The notes beneath the pieces were generated by a model, which worked only from the letters and a program-made list of their open reading frames with translations, did no database searches and was not told the origin of the DNA. From Candidatus Saccharimonadales bacterium (GTDB lineage Bacteria; Patescibacteriota; Saccharimonadia; Saccharimonadales; UBA10212), in contig DASTHW010000014.1 of the NCBI GenBank assembly GCA_035717985.1, forward strand, positions 81,691 to 145,690: a DNA stretch of 64,000 nucleotides. The letters are read 5' to 3'. The translations under genes were made by a program, and so were the position numbers. Below, in pieces: positions 7,245 to 19,069 of this stretch; the stretch's first letter is position 1; each line of letters starts with the position of its first letter.

Positions 7245-8561
7245 ATGGCAGAGGTTGATCCGACTAAAAGAATCGTGATAACCGGCATGGGCATGGTCTC
7301 ACCGCTTGGTTTTGATGTGCAGTCCAGCTGGCAGGCGCTTACTGAAGGCCGGCATGGCCTGTGCGACATACGTGAAGTAGTTGAGGATTATCCCCAAACC
7401 AAACTAAAAACTAGAGCGGCCGCGCCAGTGGCGGAGTTTGACCTACTCAACAATCCGGCTTTTGCGGCCAACCGGCAGATTAGAAAGGATAGAACACAGT
7501 GGCACAAAAGTTCACAGTTAGCTCTGGAAGCCGCCCACCAAGCCCTGTGCCAAGCGGGCCTGACCAATGACATTAGAATTGACGGCCAGCAGGTAGACTT
7601 TGAACGTTTTGGCGTTAGTTTGGGCACCGGCATAGGCGGAGCCGCCAATCTAGCAAAAACCGGTCTGGAGCTAACCAAAGAAGACCCACGGGTTAGGCCT
7701 AGTGAAATTTTAGTATCCCTGCCGGCTCGGCCTGGTGAAGTTGTATCAATAGTCCTTGGCCCTGAGGGGCCGGAGACGCCAATTGCCTTCGAGGAAGCTA
7801 TATTTGAAGAATGTGCTACCGGCAATGCCAACATCGCCAACGCCGCCGACCAGATCCGTCTCGGCCGAGCGGATGTAGTGCTGGCGGGCGGGACAGAGTC
7901 GGCTCTAGAGCCGGCCACCATTGCTCAGTTTGAGGCTACCCGGGCGGTAGATTCATCTAATAATCCGGATCTGGCTAGCCGGCCGTTTGATCAGGAAGCT
8001 AAAGGCCTGATTTTTGGTGAAGGGGCCGCCGTTATGGTTATAGAATCATTAGAGCACGCCCGAAAAAGGGGCGCTGTAATTTTAGCCGAGCTGATTGGTT
8101 ACGGCAAATCGGCCGACGCTTACGGCGACACTGAACCCAGCGGTTTTGGGGCCGTACTGGCGCTTAAACGGGCGCTAGCTTCGGCCCGGATTGAGCCTCG
8201 CGAGATAGAGAATGGTTATGTTAACGCCCACGCCACAGCTACGCCTCTAGGTGATCCGGTAGAAATTAGAGCGCTAGCTCAAATATTCTTGCCGGAGCAG
8301 GTTAGCGTATCCTCGACTAAGGGCGCTACGGGCCATACTTTTGGCGCCGCCGGCGCTATTGAAGCCATATTTTCTATTATGGCCGTGCGTACCGGTATAT
8401 TGCCTCCAACCATTAAATTGCAAAATCCAATTGCCGAGGCTGAAAGCTGGAATTTAATTGCCAATGAAGCTCAGTCGCCAAGTGGCGGTGTTGATTTGGC
8501 CGTCAATAATTCATTTGGTTTTGGCGGCCCAAACTACGTAACTATTTGGACACGCGGCTAG
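7245..8561 (+). CDS. Beta-ketoacyl synthase, FabF/FabB-like (KAS I/II)
   Basis: RIVITGMGMVSPLG at the N-terminus. Active-site contexts present: ECATGNANIANAADQIRLGRADVVLAGGTES (Cys), NAHATATPLGD (His), STKGATGHTFGAAG (His). Confidence 0.85.
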   Translation: MAEVDPTKRIVITGMGMVSPLGFDVQSSWQALTEGRHGLCDIREVVEDYPQTKLKTRAAAPVAEFDLLNNPAFAANRQIRKDRTQWHKSSQLALEAAHQALCQAGLTNDIRIDGQQVDFERFGVSLGTGIGGAANLAKTGLELTKEDPRVRPSEILVSLPARPGEVVSIVLGPEGPETPIAFEEAIFEECATGNANIANAADQIRLGRADVVLAGGTESALEPATIAQFEATRAVDSSNNPDLASRPFDQEAKGLIFGEGAAVMVIESLEHARKRGAVILAELIGYGKSADAYGDTEPSGFGAVLALKRALASARIEPREIENGYVNAHATATPLGDPVEIRALAQIFLPEQVSVSSTKGATGHTFGAAGAIEAIFSIMAVRTGILPPTIKLQNPIAEAESWNLIANEAQSPSGGVDLAVNNSFGFGGPNYVTIWTRG

Positions 8562-8738
8562 GCCAGCTTACGATAACCCCTGTTTAAATAGCTATTTTAA
8601 ATTAGCCCTTTGTGGTATAGTAGTTCTACTAGCGAACTAGCCGCAGTTTATGTTCTAGTAAATAATTAGCGAAAGTGTTTCGAGGAGCGGCTACTGGATT
8701 TAGTTGCCAGATAACCTTGAACGAAAATAAGGAGAGAA

Positions 8739-9005
8739 ATGGCAATTAAATTATTTGTGGGCGGCCTGCCTTACGCCGTCAATGACGACGGCCTGGCCGA
8801 CTTCTTCGCCCAAGTGGGTACCGTGGAGTCCGCTAAGGTCATCATGGACCGGTTTTCCGGCAGATCTAAAGGCTTCGGCTTTGTAGAGATGAGCTCGGAC
8901 GAAGAGGCCCAAAAAGCCATTAAAGAATTAAACGGTAAGGAAATGGACGGACGGAGCATCGTGGTTAACGAAGCCCGCCCACGAGAAGACCGGCCTAACC
9001 GCTAA
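8739..9005 (+). CDS. RNA-binding protein with RRM domain (RNP-1/RNP-2)
   Basis: KLFVGGLPY (RNP-2) and KGFGFVEM (RNP-1). 88 aa. Strong AAGGAG ribosome-binding site. Confidence 0.9.
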   Translation: MAIKLFVGGLPYAVNDDGLADFFAQVGTVESAKVIMDRFSGRSKGFGFVEMSSDEEAQKAIKELNGKEMDGRSIVVNEARPREDRPNR

Positions 9006-9026
9006 GCTAAAAAAATAGCTTTAAAT

Positions 9027-9065
9027 AAAAACTTCGCGCTTTTAGACAGGCGCGAAGTTTTTAGT
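9027..9065. terminator. Bidirectional intrinsic terminator between convergent genes
   Basis: AAAACTTCGCGC...GCGCGAAGTTTT inverted repeat, with an A-run upstream and a T-run downstream. It lies between the RRM gene (+) and the methyltransferase gene (-). Confidence 0.8.
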
Positions 9066-9074
9066 TTTGCCGGC

Positions 9075-9587
9075 CTAAACGAACGGCCGGTAAAGATGGA
9101 TATGATCAATACTTTTGGCCAGCAGTAGATTAGGGAATTGAAAATAATTAGAGACTATCCGGCTGGTGGGCCTAGCCTCAGTTAGTATCTTTTTCTCAAG
9201 ACGCGACATGATGCTTGGCACCCCGTAAAGGACTATCAAGTCATAAGGTCCAAGATCGTGATTCCAGAAAGTAGCATTTAAAATACGCGCCCGCTCGCTT
9301 AAGCCGGCGGCCAAAATGGCTAATCTTGACTGTTCAGCCCGCTCTTTATCAATCTCGATGCCGATAGCCCGCGCTCCGGCCCTAGCCATAGCGACCACTA
9401 GTTTGCCCTCGCCGGCGCCCAGGTCAACCGCCTTTTCACCGGGTCGAATATTAGCTAGTTTTATCATTAGGCCGGTACTCTGGTCAGAGCTAGGCACGTA
9501 GGGGATGTCATAGTTAAGTGTTTTAGCTTTTGCCACAACTTTAGTTAAGCTCACGGCCTGCCCAAAAATCAGTAAGACAGCTAACAA
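9075..9587 (-). CDS. Class I SAM-dependent methyltransferase
   Basis: Motif I VDLGAGEGKLVVAMARAG followed by AIGIEID. TTG start, 2 nt after the stop of the upstream oxidoreductase. Confidence 0.8.
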   Translation of the reverse strand: MLAVLLIFGQAVSLTKVVAKAKTLNYDIPYVPSSDQSTGLMIKLANIRPGEKAVDLGAGEGKLVVAMARAGARAIGIEIDKERAEQSRLAILAAGLSERARILNATFWNHDLGPYDLIVLYGVPSIMSRLEKKILTEARPTSRIVSNYFQFPNLLLAKSIDHIHLYRPFV

Positions 9588-9589
9588 AT

Positions 9590-10804
9590 TTAGTGAAAAA
9601 TTGCTTTGGGGATAGAGGTTATCGGCCGCGACCTTAGGCTATTAAAAGTTAGCGCCCAAGGGTTTTTGTGGCCCAAAATTAAATCCCTAAGGATGATGGC
9701 CGAGGCGCTTGCGTTAGTTAAGCCCCATTTTTTAAATGCCGTGCCAACATAAAGGTGCTTAGACCACGGGTAGACCTGGCCGACTAGCGGCAGGCCGTCG
9801 TAGGCTAGGTAGTCTCTGGCTTTCCAACGGTAGCTGATTGAGCCAAAAGCTAAATTTTGCTCGGCAAAGCCGGCTAATTTGCGCCAGCGCTTACGAGACC
9901 GGCCTAGGCCGGGAATATGGTTCTCGCCGCCGATTAGAATAAAATCCTGGCCATCTTCGTGGACCGGCAAGATTGAATAGCCGCCTTTGTCTGGCGAGAT
10001 ATACATGCCAGCTAGCCTATGCTTAGTTTTGCCAGCAACGATATATGAGGTAGTTGGGTACTCCAGGGCGCAGTAGGCAAACCTGGCCAAAAACGGGGAG
10101 GTTGGCACATTGGTAGCCACGACTATATCTTTAGAAATAAGCTTGCCGTGGGCGGTTTTAACCACGCATGGCCGGCCGTCATGGATGCGCCGGGCCCGAG
10201 TATTTTCGAACACATAACTGCCGCCGCCGTCCACGGCTTTAGCCAGACCTAAGATATATTTCTGGGCAGACATTTTAGCTTGGCCGCTAAATTTTACGGC
10301 GCCTTTGACCTCAAAAGGCAGAGGCACACTGGTCTCATAACTAGCCGGCAGGCCCAGCCAGCTAGCGGCCCGGGCTTCTTTCTCAAGTTGGCGAAGTTTA
10401 TCAGCCCGCCGGGTATAGACATAGTTGTTTTCGCTCTGCCAGCCGCAATCAATCTTTTCATCTTTGATGATTTTCTCGATCAGCTTTAGGCCGGCCTGGT
10501 TGGCCTGGCCGTACGCCCGGGCGGTAGCGAAATTAATCCTTTGCCAAAGCTCGGCATAAAACAAATTATGCTGAGACGTGACTTTACCGGTAGTCCGGCC
10601 GGTGGTGCCGGCACCGATTTGGTCTTTTTCAATTACCGCCACTTTTTTACCGGCCTGCTTGAGTAGGTAGGCGGTGCTTAGGCCGCAAATACCACCGCCG
10701 ATTATAACTATATCTATCTCTAAGTTTTCTTTTAACTGTGGATAGCTAACAGGATCTACGGCGCTAAGCCAGAGTGAATTCTCCTGATCGGGCAGGGTTA
10801 ACAT
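9590..10804 (-). CDS. FAD-dependent oxidoreductase (DAO/glycine oxidase-like family)
   Basis: N-terminal dinucleotide-binding fold IVIIGGGICGLSTAYLLKQAGKKVAVIEK. 404 aa. Confidence 0.8.
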   Translation of the reverse strand: MLTLPDQENSLWLSAVDPVSYPQLKENLEIDIVIIGGGICGLSTAYLLKQAGKKVAVIEKDQIGAGTTGRTTGKVTSQHNLFYAELWQRINFATARAYGQANQAGLKLIEKIIKDEKIDCGWQSENNYVYTRRADKLRQLEKEARAASWLGLPASYETSVPLPFEVKGAVKFSGQAKMSAQKYILGLAKAVDGGGSYVFENTRARRIHDGRPCVVKTAHGKLISKDIVVATNVPTSPFLARFAYCALEYPTTSYIVAGKTKHRLAGMYISPDKGGYSILPVHEDGQDFILIGGENHIPGLGRSRKRWRKLAGFAEQNLAFGSISYRWKARDYLAYDGLPLVGQVYPWSKHLYVGTAFKKWGLTNASASAIILRDLILGHKNPWALTFNSLRSRPITSIPKAIFH

Positions 10805-10915
10805 CTCTTTAACTTAACTTTTTTGCGTCTAAAAAACCGTAAAACAGCTAACACTGCCTTTGGCCGCCCGGCGAGCGGTTTGGCCCCTGGTCTGCGTGCT
10901 AAAATATATTCACCG

Positions 10916-12124
10916 ATGAAAAACAAAAAGCGGGTAATCGCCATCGACTATTTTCGCGGCGCCTGCATGCTGGCGGTGGTCATCAATCACGCCAGCCTTT
11001 TTAATAACCCTTTGACTTATTTAGCCGGTGCCGGCCGGCTGTGGACGGGCGCCGCCGAGATGTTCTTTTTACTGTCCGGCATCACTTTTACACTAGTTAG
11101 GGGCAAGCTGGCACATAGTGATTTTAGGCAGGTGCTCTCTAAAAGCTGGCGCCGGGCGGCCCAGCTTTATGTACTAAATTTCTTAGTGATATTAGCCTCC
11201 TTGACGCTAGCTTTTTGGCTAGGCGCTAAAGGCCATAGCTATAACATGCCGGGTAGCCTGCCATCGGGCAGTTTTGGCCAGCTAATGGTTGGCGTTTTAA
11301 GCCTGCAGTACGGCTTTGGCTGGGCCAGCTTTTTAATGTACTACAGTATTTTTCTTCTTCTAGCGCCGTTTGCCCTAAAACTGCTTTATAGCCGGCTTTG
11401 GCTGGTTGTGCCGCTAATCTCAGCAGGTTTATTTGCCGCTAATTTCTTCCATCCGCTAGCCTCTACTTACTATTTCTTTTTTGTCTGGCAGATTTATTTC
11501 TTCTTGGGCATGAGCCTCAGCCGCTGGCGTAAACTAGCCTTAAACTGGTACCGGGCTTTGGCCAAATATCCCCGTAGGGGGCTTAATGCGGCCATTTTAA
11601 TATGTGCTGGCGCGACGGCAATTCTAGGCGGCCTGCTGGCATTTAAGCCAGGCGTGGTGGCCGCCCGGATCCCGCATTTTGGTTGGTTTTTGGCCCACCA
11701 GGCGGGCTTTAATCATTACTTCCAGGCTAGCCGGACGGGCTTGCTTAGGCCGCTGGCGGCCCTACTGGTGCTGGCTAGCGCCTACATTATTTATAAAAAA
11801 TACGAAAAATTTCTACTGGCTAAAACCGGTAAGTTGGTAAACTCGATTGGCCGGGCTTCGCTGACTGTTTTTACGGCTCAGGCTATTGCCATTCCGGTAG
11901 TCTCGGCCCTGCCTATGACGCATCGCTCGCCAGTCCTAAATACTCTGGTGACTGCAGGGCTCTGCTGTTTGATGTACTACGTCGCCCAGTACGCCCGCCT
12001 AGTTCACCATATTAATAAATCGATTGCCAGCCTGGCCACCAGCTTGATGAACTGGAGCTACCTTAGCGCCAGTGCCGTTAAAACTATTTTGGCCAAATTT
12101 GCTTCTTCGCCCGAAATCGACTAA
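10916..12124 (+). CDS. Acyltransferase-3/OpgC-family integral membrane protein
   Basis: The ORF is open from 10823. ATG 10916 gives MKNKKRVIAIDYFRGACMLAVVINH, the hallmark start of acyltransferase-3/OpgC proteins. About 10 TM segments. Confidence 0.7.
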   Translation: MKNKKRVIAIDYFRGACMLAVVINHASLFNNPLTYLAGAGRLWTGAAEMFFLLSGITFTLVRGKLAHSDFRQVLSKSWRRAAQLYVLNFLVILASLTLAFWLGAKGHSYNMPGSLPSGSFGQLMVGVLSLQYGFGWASFLMYYSIFLLLAPFALKLLYSRLWLVVPLISAGLFAANFFHPLASTYYFFFVWQIYFFLGMSLSRWRKLALNWYRALAKYPRRGLNAAILICAGATAILGGLLAFKPGVVAARIPHFGWFLAHQAGFNHYFQASRTGLLRPLAALLVLASAYIIYKKYEKFLLAKTGKLVNSIGRASLTVFTAQAIAIPVVSALPMTHRSPVLNTLVTAGLCCLMYYVAQYARLVHHINKSIASLATSLMNWSYLSASAVKTILAKFASSPEID

Positions 12125-12181
12125 CCGGCGGACCCAGTAAGGTCTCTACCGGCTGGACGGTGCTGGTATAATCATAGACGC

Positions 12182-12472
12182 ATGGGAAATGACAGAAAGA
12201 GCGCGGCTAACTCAAAAGGCAAGCCAGCACCGAGCAGTTCTAAAGGAAACTCGGCTATTTTTATGGTGGCTCTGCTGGATATGAGTTGGCGTTTGGCGCT
12301 GAGCGTACTGGTGCCTATCGTTGGCGGGTTTGAACTGGATCAGCACCTGGGCACAACGCCGGCTTTGACAATCATCGGCTTTTTAGTGGCAATGGCGGGC
12401 GTCTTTTTAATACTTAAGCGGACTGTGGCTCACGCCGATGAACGGTTTAGGCCGAATGGAGCTCATAAATGA
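12182..12472 (+). CDS. AtpZ/AtpI-like small membrane protein preceding the ATP synthase operon
   Basis: 96 aa with two hydrophobic spans. Sits immediately upstream of atpB and overlaps it by 4 nt. Confidence 0.6.
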   Translation: MGNDRKSAANSKGKPAPSSSKGNSAIFMVALLDMSWRLALSVLVPIVGGFELDQHLGTTPALTIIGFLVAMAGVFLILKRTVAHADERFRPNGAHK

Positions 12473-13266
12473 GCACTAGTCTAGCTACTAGCTTTGCATC
12501 CAGTGTGCCAGAAGTTCACATCGCACCGCAGACAGTTTTCCATCTAGGCCCGGTGGCCATCACTAACTCAATCCTATACGGCTGGATCTCGATTGTTATT
12601 ATGCTGGTTCTTTTCATAGTCGCGGCCCGGCGCATTAGCGTTCACCCCAAGGGCGGCTTTATTCAATTTATCGAGGTAATAGCCGACTACATGTCCGATA
12701 CCGTCAAGGACGCTTTTGCCAATAAAGAGCGGTCTTATAAGTACATCCTATACTTTGTCACGGTCTTCTTCTTCCTACTGGTGAATAATATGATGGGCAT
12801 AATCCCAGGTGTTGGCGAATCGTTTACCTCTCATGGGAGCTCCCTGCTAAGGCCGATGACGGCCGACTTCAACGCTACGCTAGCTATAGCGGTTATCACG
12901 ATGGGGCTAGTTTATATAAGCTCACTGCGGGAGGTTGGCCTGAAGGACTACCTCGGCCATTTCTTCATGGGCTCAATTAAAAATCCGCTCTATCTCTTCA
13001 TTGGTTTGATTGAGATAGTGACCGACCTAGTTCGGGTCGTCTCACTTTCGCTTCGTCTTTTTCTTAATGTGGCCATCGTTGAAGCCATAGTGGTAGTTTT
13101 TGCCTATTTGGGACATTTCATCGCGCCGCTGACGGCCACGCCGTTTTACTTCTTAGACATCTTTGACAATGTCTTGCAGGCCTTTATTTTTGCCTTGCTA
13201 GGTGTGATGTATCTGGCTACGGCCGTCAATCATGTCGACGAGCATGCCCAGGCTGAAAAAGCTTGA
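12469..13266 (+). CDS. atpB: F0F1 ATP synthase subunit a
   Basis: Polytopic membrane protein with the essential Arg motif LSLRLFLNV. Operon position supports the call. Confidence 0.9.
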   Translation: MSTSLATSFASSVPEVHIAPQTVFHLGPVAITNSILYGWISIVIMLVLFIVAARRISVHPKGGFIQFIEVIADYMSDTVKDAFANKERSYKYILYFVTVFFFLLVNNMMGIIPGVGESFTSHGSSLLRPMTADFNATLAIAVITMGLVYISSLREVGLKDYLGHFFMGSIKNPLYLFIGLIEIVTDLVRVVSLSLRLFLNVAIVEAIVVVFAYLGHFIAPLTATPFYFLDIFDNVLQAFIFALLGVMYLATAVNHVDEHAQAEKA

Positions 13267-13310
13267 CCGGCAAAGTTCTATCTGACAAAATTATAGCTAG
13301 CTTAGAGGTG

Positions 13311-13341
13311 ACTGTAGGGACCCTAAAACCACAGTTTTTTA
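13311..13341 (+). terminator. Intrinsic-terminator-like hairpin plus T6 inside the atp operon (atpB-atpE spacer)
   Basis: ACTGTaGG...CCACAGT stem (13311-13335) followed directly by TTTTTT (13335-13340). Confidence 0.5.
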
Positions 13342-13497
13342 AGCACGGCCTTTCCTCTGCAGTTTGTTCGCTGAAGCGGTAGCCGGACGCCAGGGTTTTA
13401 TAGAAGCGTCGGGCACTAATCTAGCTCTAGCGAGCAAAATGCAAAGGGTGGGTAGGGCCAACCTGTTAGCAAATTAATAAGGAGTAAATATAAACAA

Positions 13498-13743
13498 ATG
13501 ATTGCACCCGCAGATCTGTTAAGCATAGCGAGTACAACCAACGTAGACATAATCGGTAAGGGCCTGATGATCGGTGGCGGCTTTATTGGGCCGGGCATCG
13601 GCATGGGCATAGTCGGTGGTAGCTATATTCAGGCTACCGGTCGCAACCCCGAAGCAAAATTGCTGGGCCAGGCCCTAGTGTTCATAGCCATTATCGAGCT
13701 ATACGCGCTACTCGCCTTTGCGTCGGTTTTCATCATCAAATAG
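13498..13743 (+). CDS. atpE: F0F1 ATP synthase subunit c
   Basis: 81-aa hairpin proteolipid with a Gly-rich helix 1 (GGGFIGPGIGMGIVGG) and the ion-binding Glu in helix 2 (IAIIELYAL). Confidence 0.9.
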   Translation: MIAPADLLSIASTTNVDIIGKGLMIGGGFIGPGIGMGIVGGSYIQATGRNPEAKLLGQALVFIAIIELYALLAFASVFIIK

Positions 13744-13775
13744 CTCTTAATTAGTCGAGGGCAAAGTTAAATTAA

Positions 13776-14303
13776 ATGGTGAATGTAATAACTCAATTTG
13801 GAGATACCAGCTCCGGCATCGGGGCTCTAGGGCTGAATTTATCGTCGTTTTTGATTCAGCTAGGTACCTTTATTATTGCTTTTTTGGTGCTTAGAAGATG
13901 GGCCTTTAAACCGATACTTAAAGTGCTAAATGAGCGCCGCGAAACTATCGAGCAGGGTGTATCTTTGGGCGAAAAAATGAAGAAAGACCAAGAGCAGATG
14001 GAGCAAAAAGTTGCTGAGGTTCTTCATGAGGCTCGGCAGGAGGCCGATAAAATTATCGCTGACGCGTCAGACCGTGGCCGGGCAGTGGTAGCCGAAGCCG
14101 AAGCCAAAGCTAAGGAAAAGGCTGACAGTTTAATAGCCAGTGCGCAGGAACGTATAGACCAAGGTGTAAAGCTGGCCCGCACCAATCTAGAAAAAGAGCT
14201 AGCCGGCCTGGTGGCTGAAGCCACCGAGGTGATTATCGAGGAAAAAGTTGATACCAAAAAAGACGCCGCGCTGATAGATAAGGCACTGAAAGGCCGGGCA
14301 TGA
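13776..14303 (+). CDS. atpF: F0F1 ATP synthase subunit b
   Basis: Single N-terminal TM followed by a long charged coiled coil (KPILKVLNERRETIEQG...). Confidence 0.9.
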   Translation: MVNVITQFGDTSSGIGALGLNLSSFLIQLGTFIIAFLVLRRWAFKPILKVLNERRETIEQGVSLGEKMKKDQEQMEQKVAEVLHEARQEADKIIADASDRGRAVVAEAEAKAKEKADSLIASAQERIDQGVKLARTNLEKELAGLVAEATEVIIEEKVDTKKDAALIDKALKGRA

Positions 14304-14695
14304 GACTGCCTAGAAATGAGCTGGTAATGGTTCTATCTAAACTGTCTGGCGAGCTACCGACTAAAAAATTTGTGGCCGAAACAGCCAGTTATTTGCTAAG
14401 CGAAAGGCGGACCGGTGAGCTAGAAAGTCTGGCGCGGGACTTCGTTAACCTGCGCGCTGACGATGGCGTAGTCGAGGTAACGGCGGTTAGCGCCCATCGG
14501 CTAACGGAAACTGCGCTTAGCGAAGTAGAGGCTAAGATTAAGCAAATTTATCCCTCGGCGACGAGAGTTATCATTAACCAGCGAATTGACGAAACCCAGA
14601 TCGGCGGCGTCAGGCTGGAACTGCCAGACAAGCTACTCGATTTGTCGGTTCGCGGTAAAATAAATCAATTTAAACAGTTAACGGTAGGTGATTAA
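14300..14695 (+). CDS. atpH: F0F1 ATP synthase subunit delta (short, 131 aa)
   Basis: C-terminal motif QIGGVRLELPDKLLDLSVRGKINQ is typical of delta/OSCP. The N-terminal domain appears shortened. 4-nt overlap with atpF. Confidence 0.8.
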   Translation: MRLPRNELVMVLSKLSGELPTKKFVAETASYLLSERRTGELESLARDFVNLRADDGVVEVTAVSAHRLTETALSEVEAKIKQIYPSATRVIINQRIDETQIGGVRLELPDKLLDLSVRGKINQFKQLTVGD

Positions 14696-14697
14696 TC

Positions 14698-16264
14698 ATG
14701 GCAGAAAATTTCGCAGTTAAAGATTTATCTTCAGATATCCGGGCGGCGATCGCCGACCTTAAGCGGCGGCCCGAGGTTGAATCGGTAGGTGTTGTTACTC
14801 GCGCGGCCGACGGCATAGTCTGGATTTACGGTCTTCGTGCTTGCGGTTATAGCGAGATGATTGAGATTGACGCCGTAGACGGCGGAAAGGTAACGGCCTT
14901 TGCCCTAAACCTCGGCGAAGATGAAATTGGCGCCGTACTACTGGGCGAGGACGATAAGATTGAAGCTGGCGCTAAGGCCCGGCTGACCGGTAATGTTCTG
15001 GAAGTCCCGGTGGGCCCGGAACTAGTTGGGCGGGTGGTTAACCCGCTAGGCCAGCCGCTCGACGGTGGCGAGCCGATTAAAACCAAGCAAACTGCCAGAG
15101 TCGAGCGCCAGGCGCCCGGTGTGCTGGACCGCAAACACGTCCATGAGCCTCTGATGACAGGTTTAACCGCCATTGACGCGCTGGTGCCGATTGGCCGTGG
15201 TCAGAGAGAGCTGATTATTGGTGACCGCCAGACGGGTAAGACGGCGATTGCCGTCGACGCCATGGTCAACCAGGCGCGCACTAAATCCGGCGTTATCAAC
15301 GTTTATGTGGCCATCGGCCAAAAGCTGTCCAAAATTGCCGCCCTAACTGAACGACTCAAGCGCGAGAAAGTCATGGACCAGACCATTATCGTAGCCACCA
15401 GCCCGTCGGACCCGGCCGCCATGCTCTACATCGCTCCATACGCGGCTACCGCCATGGCCGAATATTTTCGTGATAATTCTGGCCACGCGCTGATTGTCTA
15501 TGACGACTTAAGTAAGCATGCCGTAGCCTACCGCCAGATGTCGCTTCTTTTGCGGCGCCCACCTGGACGTGAAGCCTATCCCGGTGATGTGTTTTATCTG
15601 CATTCGCGCCTGCTGGAACGCTCGGCCAAATTATCTGATGATTTGGGTGCCGGCTCACTTACGGCTCTACCCATAATCGAGACCCAGGCTGGTGACATTA
15701 GCGCCTACATTCCCACCAACGTCATATCAATTACCGACGGCCAAATCTTTTTGGAAACTAACCTGTTCTATCAGGGTATCCGGCCGGCTATCTCGGTAGG
15801 GCTCTCCGTCAGCCGCGTGGGTGGCGACGCCCAAACTCCGGCTATCAAATCAGCGGCTGGCGGTCTAAAACTCAGTCTGGCGCAGTTCCGTGAGCTGGCT
15901 AGCTTTAGCCAATTTTCAACTGACCTAGACGAAGAAACCCGCCATACCATCGAGCGTGGTCAGCGTCTGACGGAAGTTCTAAAGCAAGCCCAATACGCGC
16001 CTAAAACTATCTGGGAAATGTACTGCTCACTGCTGGCCGTCACGGGCGGCTGTTTTGACAGCGTGCCGATAGAAAAAATCAAGCTTGCCGAGGAGGCACT
16101 GCTGGCTGAGTTGAAGTCAAAACACGCTAAACTGACTAACGAAATCAACAAAGGCGCCAAGCCAACCGAGGCGCAAAACGAGCAAGTACTCAAAGTGGCT
16201 CAGGCGGTGGCTAAAGGCTACTCATCTACCGACCAGCCAAAAGTCAAAGCCAAGGAGACGGCCG

Positions 16265-16272
<8 letters not shown>
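14698..16272 (+). CDS. atpA: F0F1 ATP synthase subunit alpha
   Basis: Walker A GDRQTGKTAIA. Conserved blocks PGREAYPGDVFYLHSRLLERSAK and ITDGQIFLE. Confidence 0.97.
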
Positions 16273-18567
<2,295 letters not shown>

Positions 18568-18993
18568 ATGTTTCACCTTCTGCTGGTCACACTGACTGGT
18601 ATAAAATTTGAGGGCGACGTTTATGAGGTTATTTTGCCAACCCTGGATGGGGAGATTGGCATTTTACGTAATCACATGCCGCTTATCAGCGTAGCGACCT
18701 CGGGAGTGGTGGCCGTTAAAAAAAACCGCACCGACTCTGAAAATCAACGCGAATTTTTTGCCATCAGCGGCGGTGTGATTGAGGTTGAGCACAATCAGCT
18801 TAAAGTAATCGTCGATGAAGCTGACCATGCCGACAATATCAACGAAGCCGAAGCCGAGGCGGCCCACGAGCGCGCCCGGACGATGAAGGCTGAAGCCAAA
18901 GATCAGGTTAGCCTGGAGCACGCTCAAGCTATGGTCGACCGCACCGGCGCCCGCTTGGAAGTTGCTAAGCTCAAGCGCCGCCACCAACGCTAG
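18568..18993 (+). CDS. atpC: F0F1 ATP synthase subunit epsilon
   Basis: 141 aa immediately after atpD. Beta-sandwich N-terminal style (ILPTLDGEIGILRNHMPLIS) with a helical C-terminus. Confidence 0.9.
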   Translation: MFHLLLVTLTGIKFEGDVYEVILPTLDGEIGILRNHMPLISVATSGVVAVKKNRTDSENQREFFAISGGVIEVEHNQLKVIVDEADHADNINEAEAEAAHERARTMKAEAKDQVSLEHAQAMVDRTGARLEVAKLKRRHQR

Positions 18994-19069
18994 CCGGCGC
19001 TAATTTACCCTGGACTTACTCGAATATAAGTGCGCTGAATCTTATAAGGCTGTACTATTAAAAGCGATA

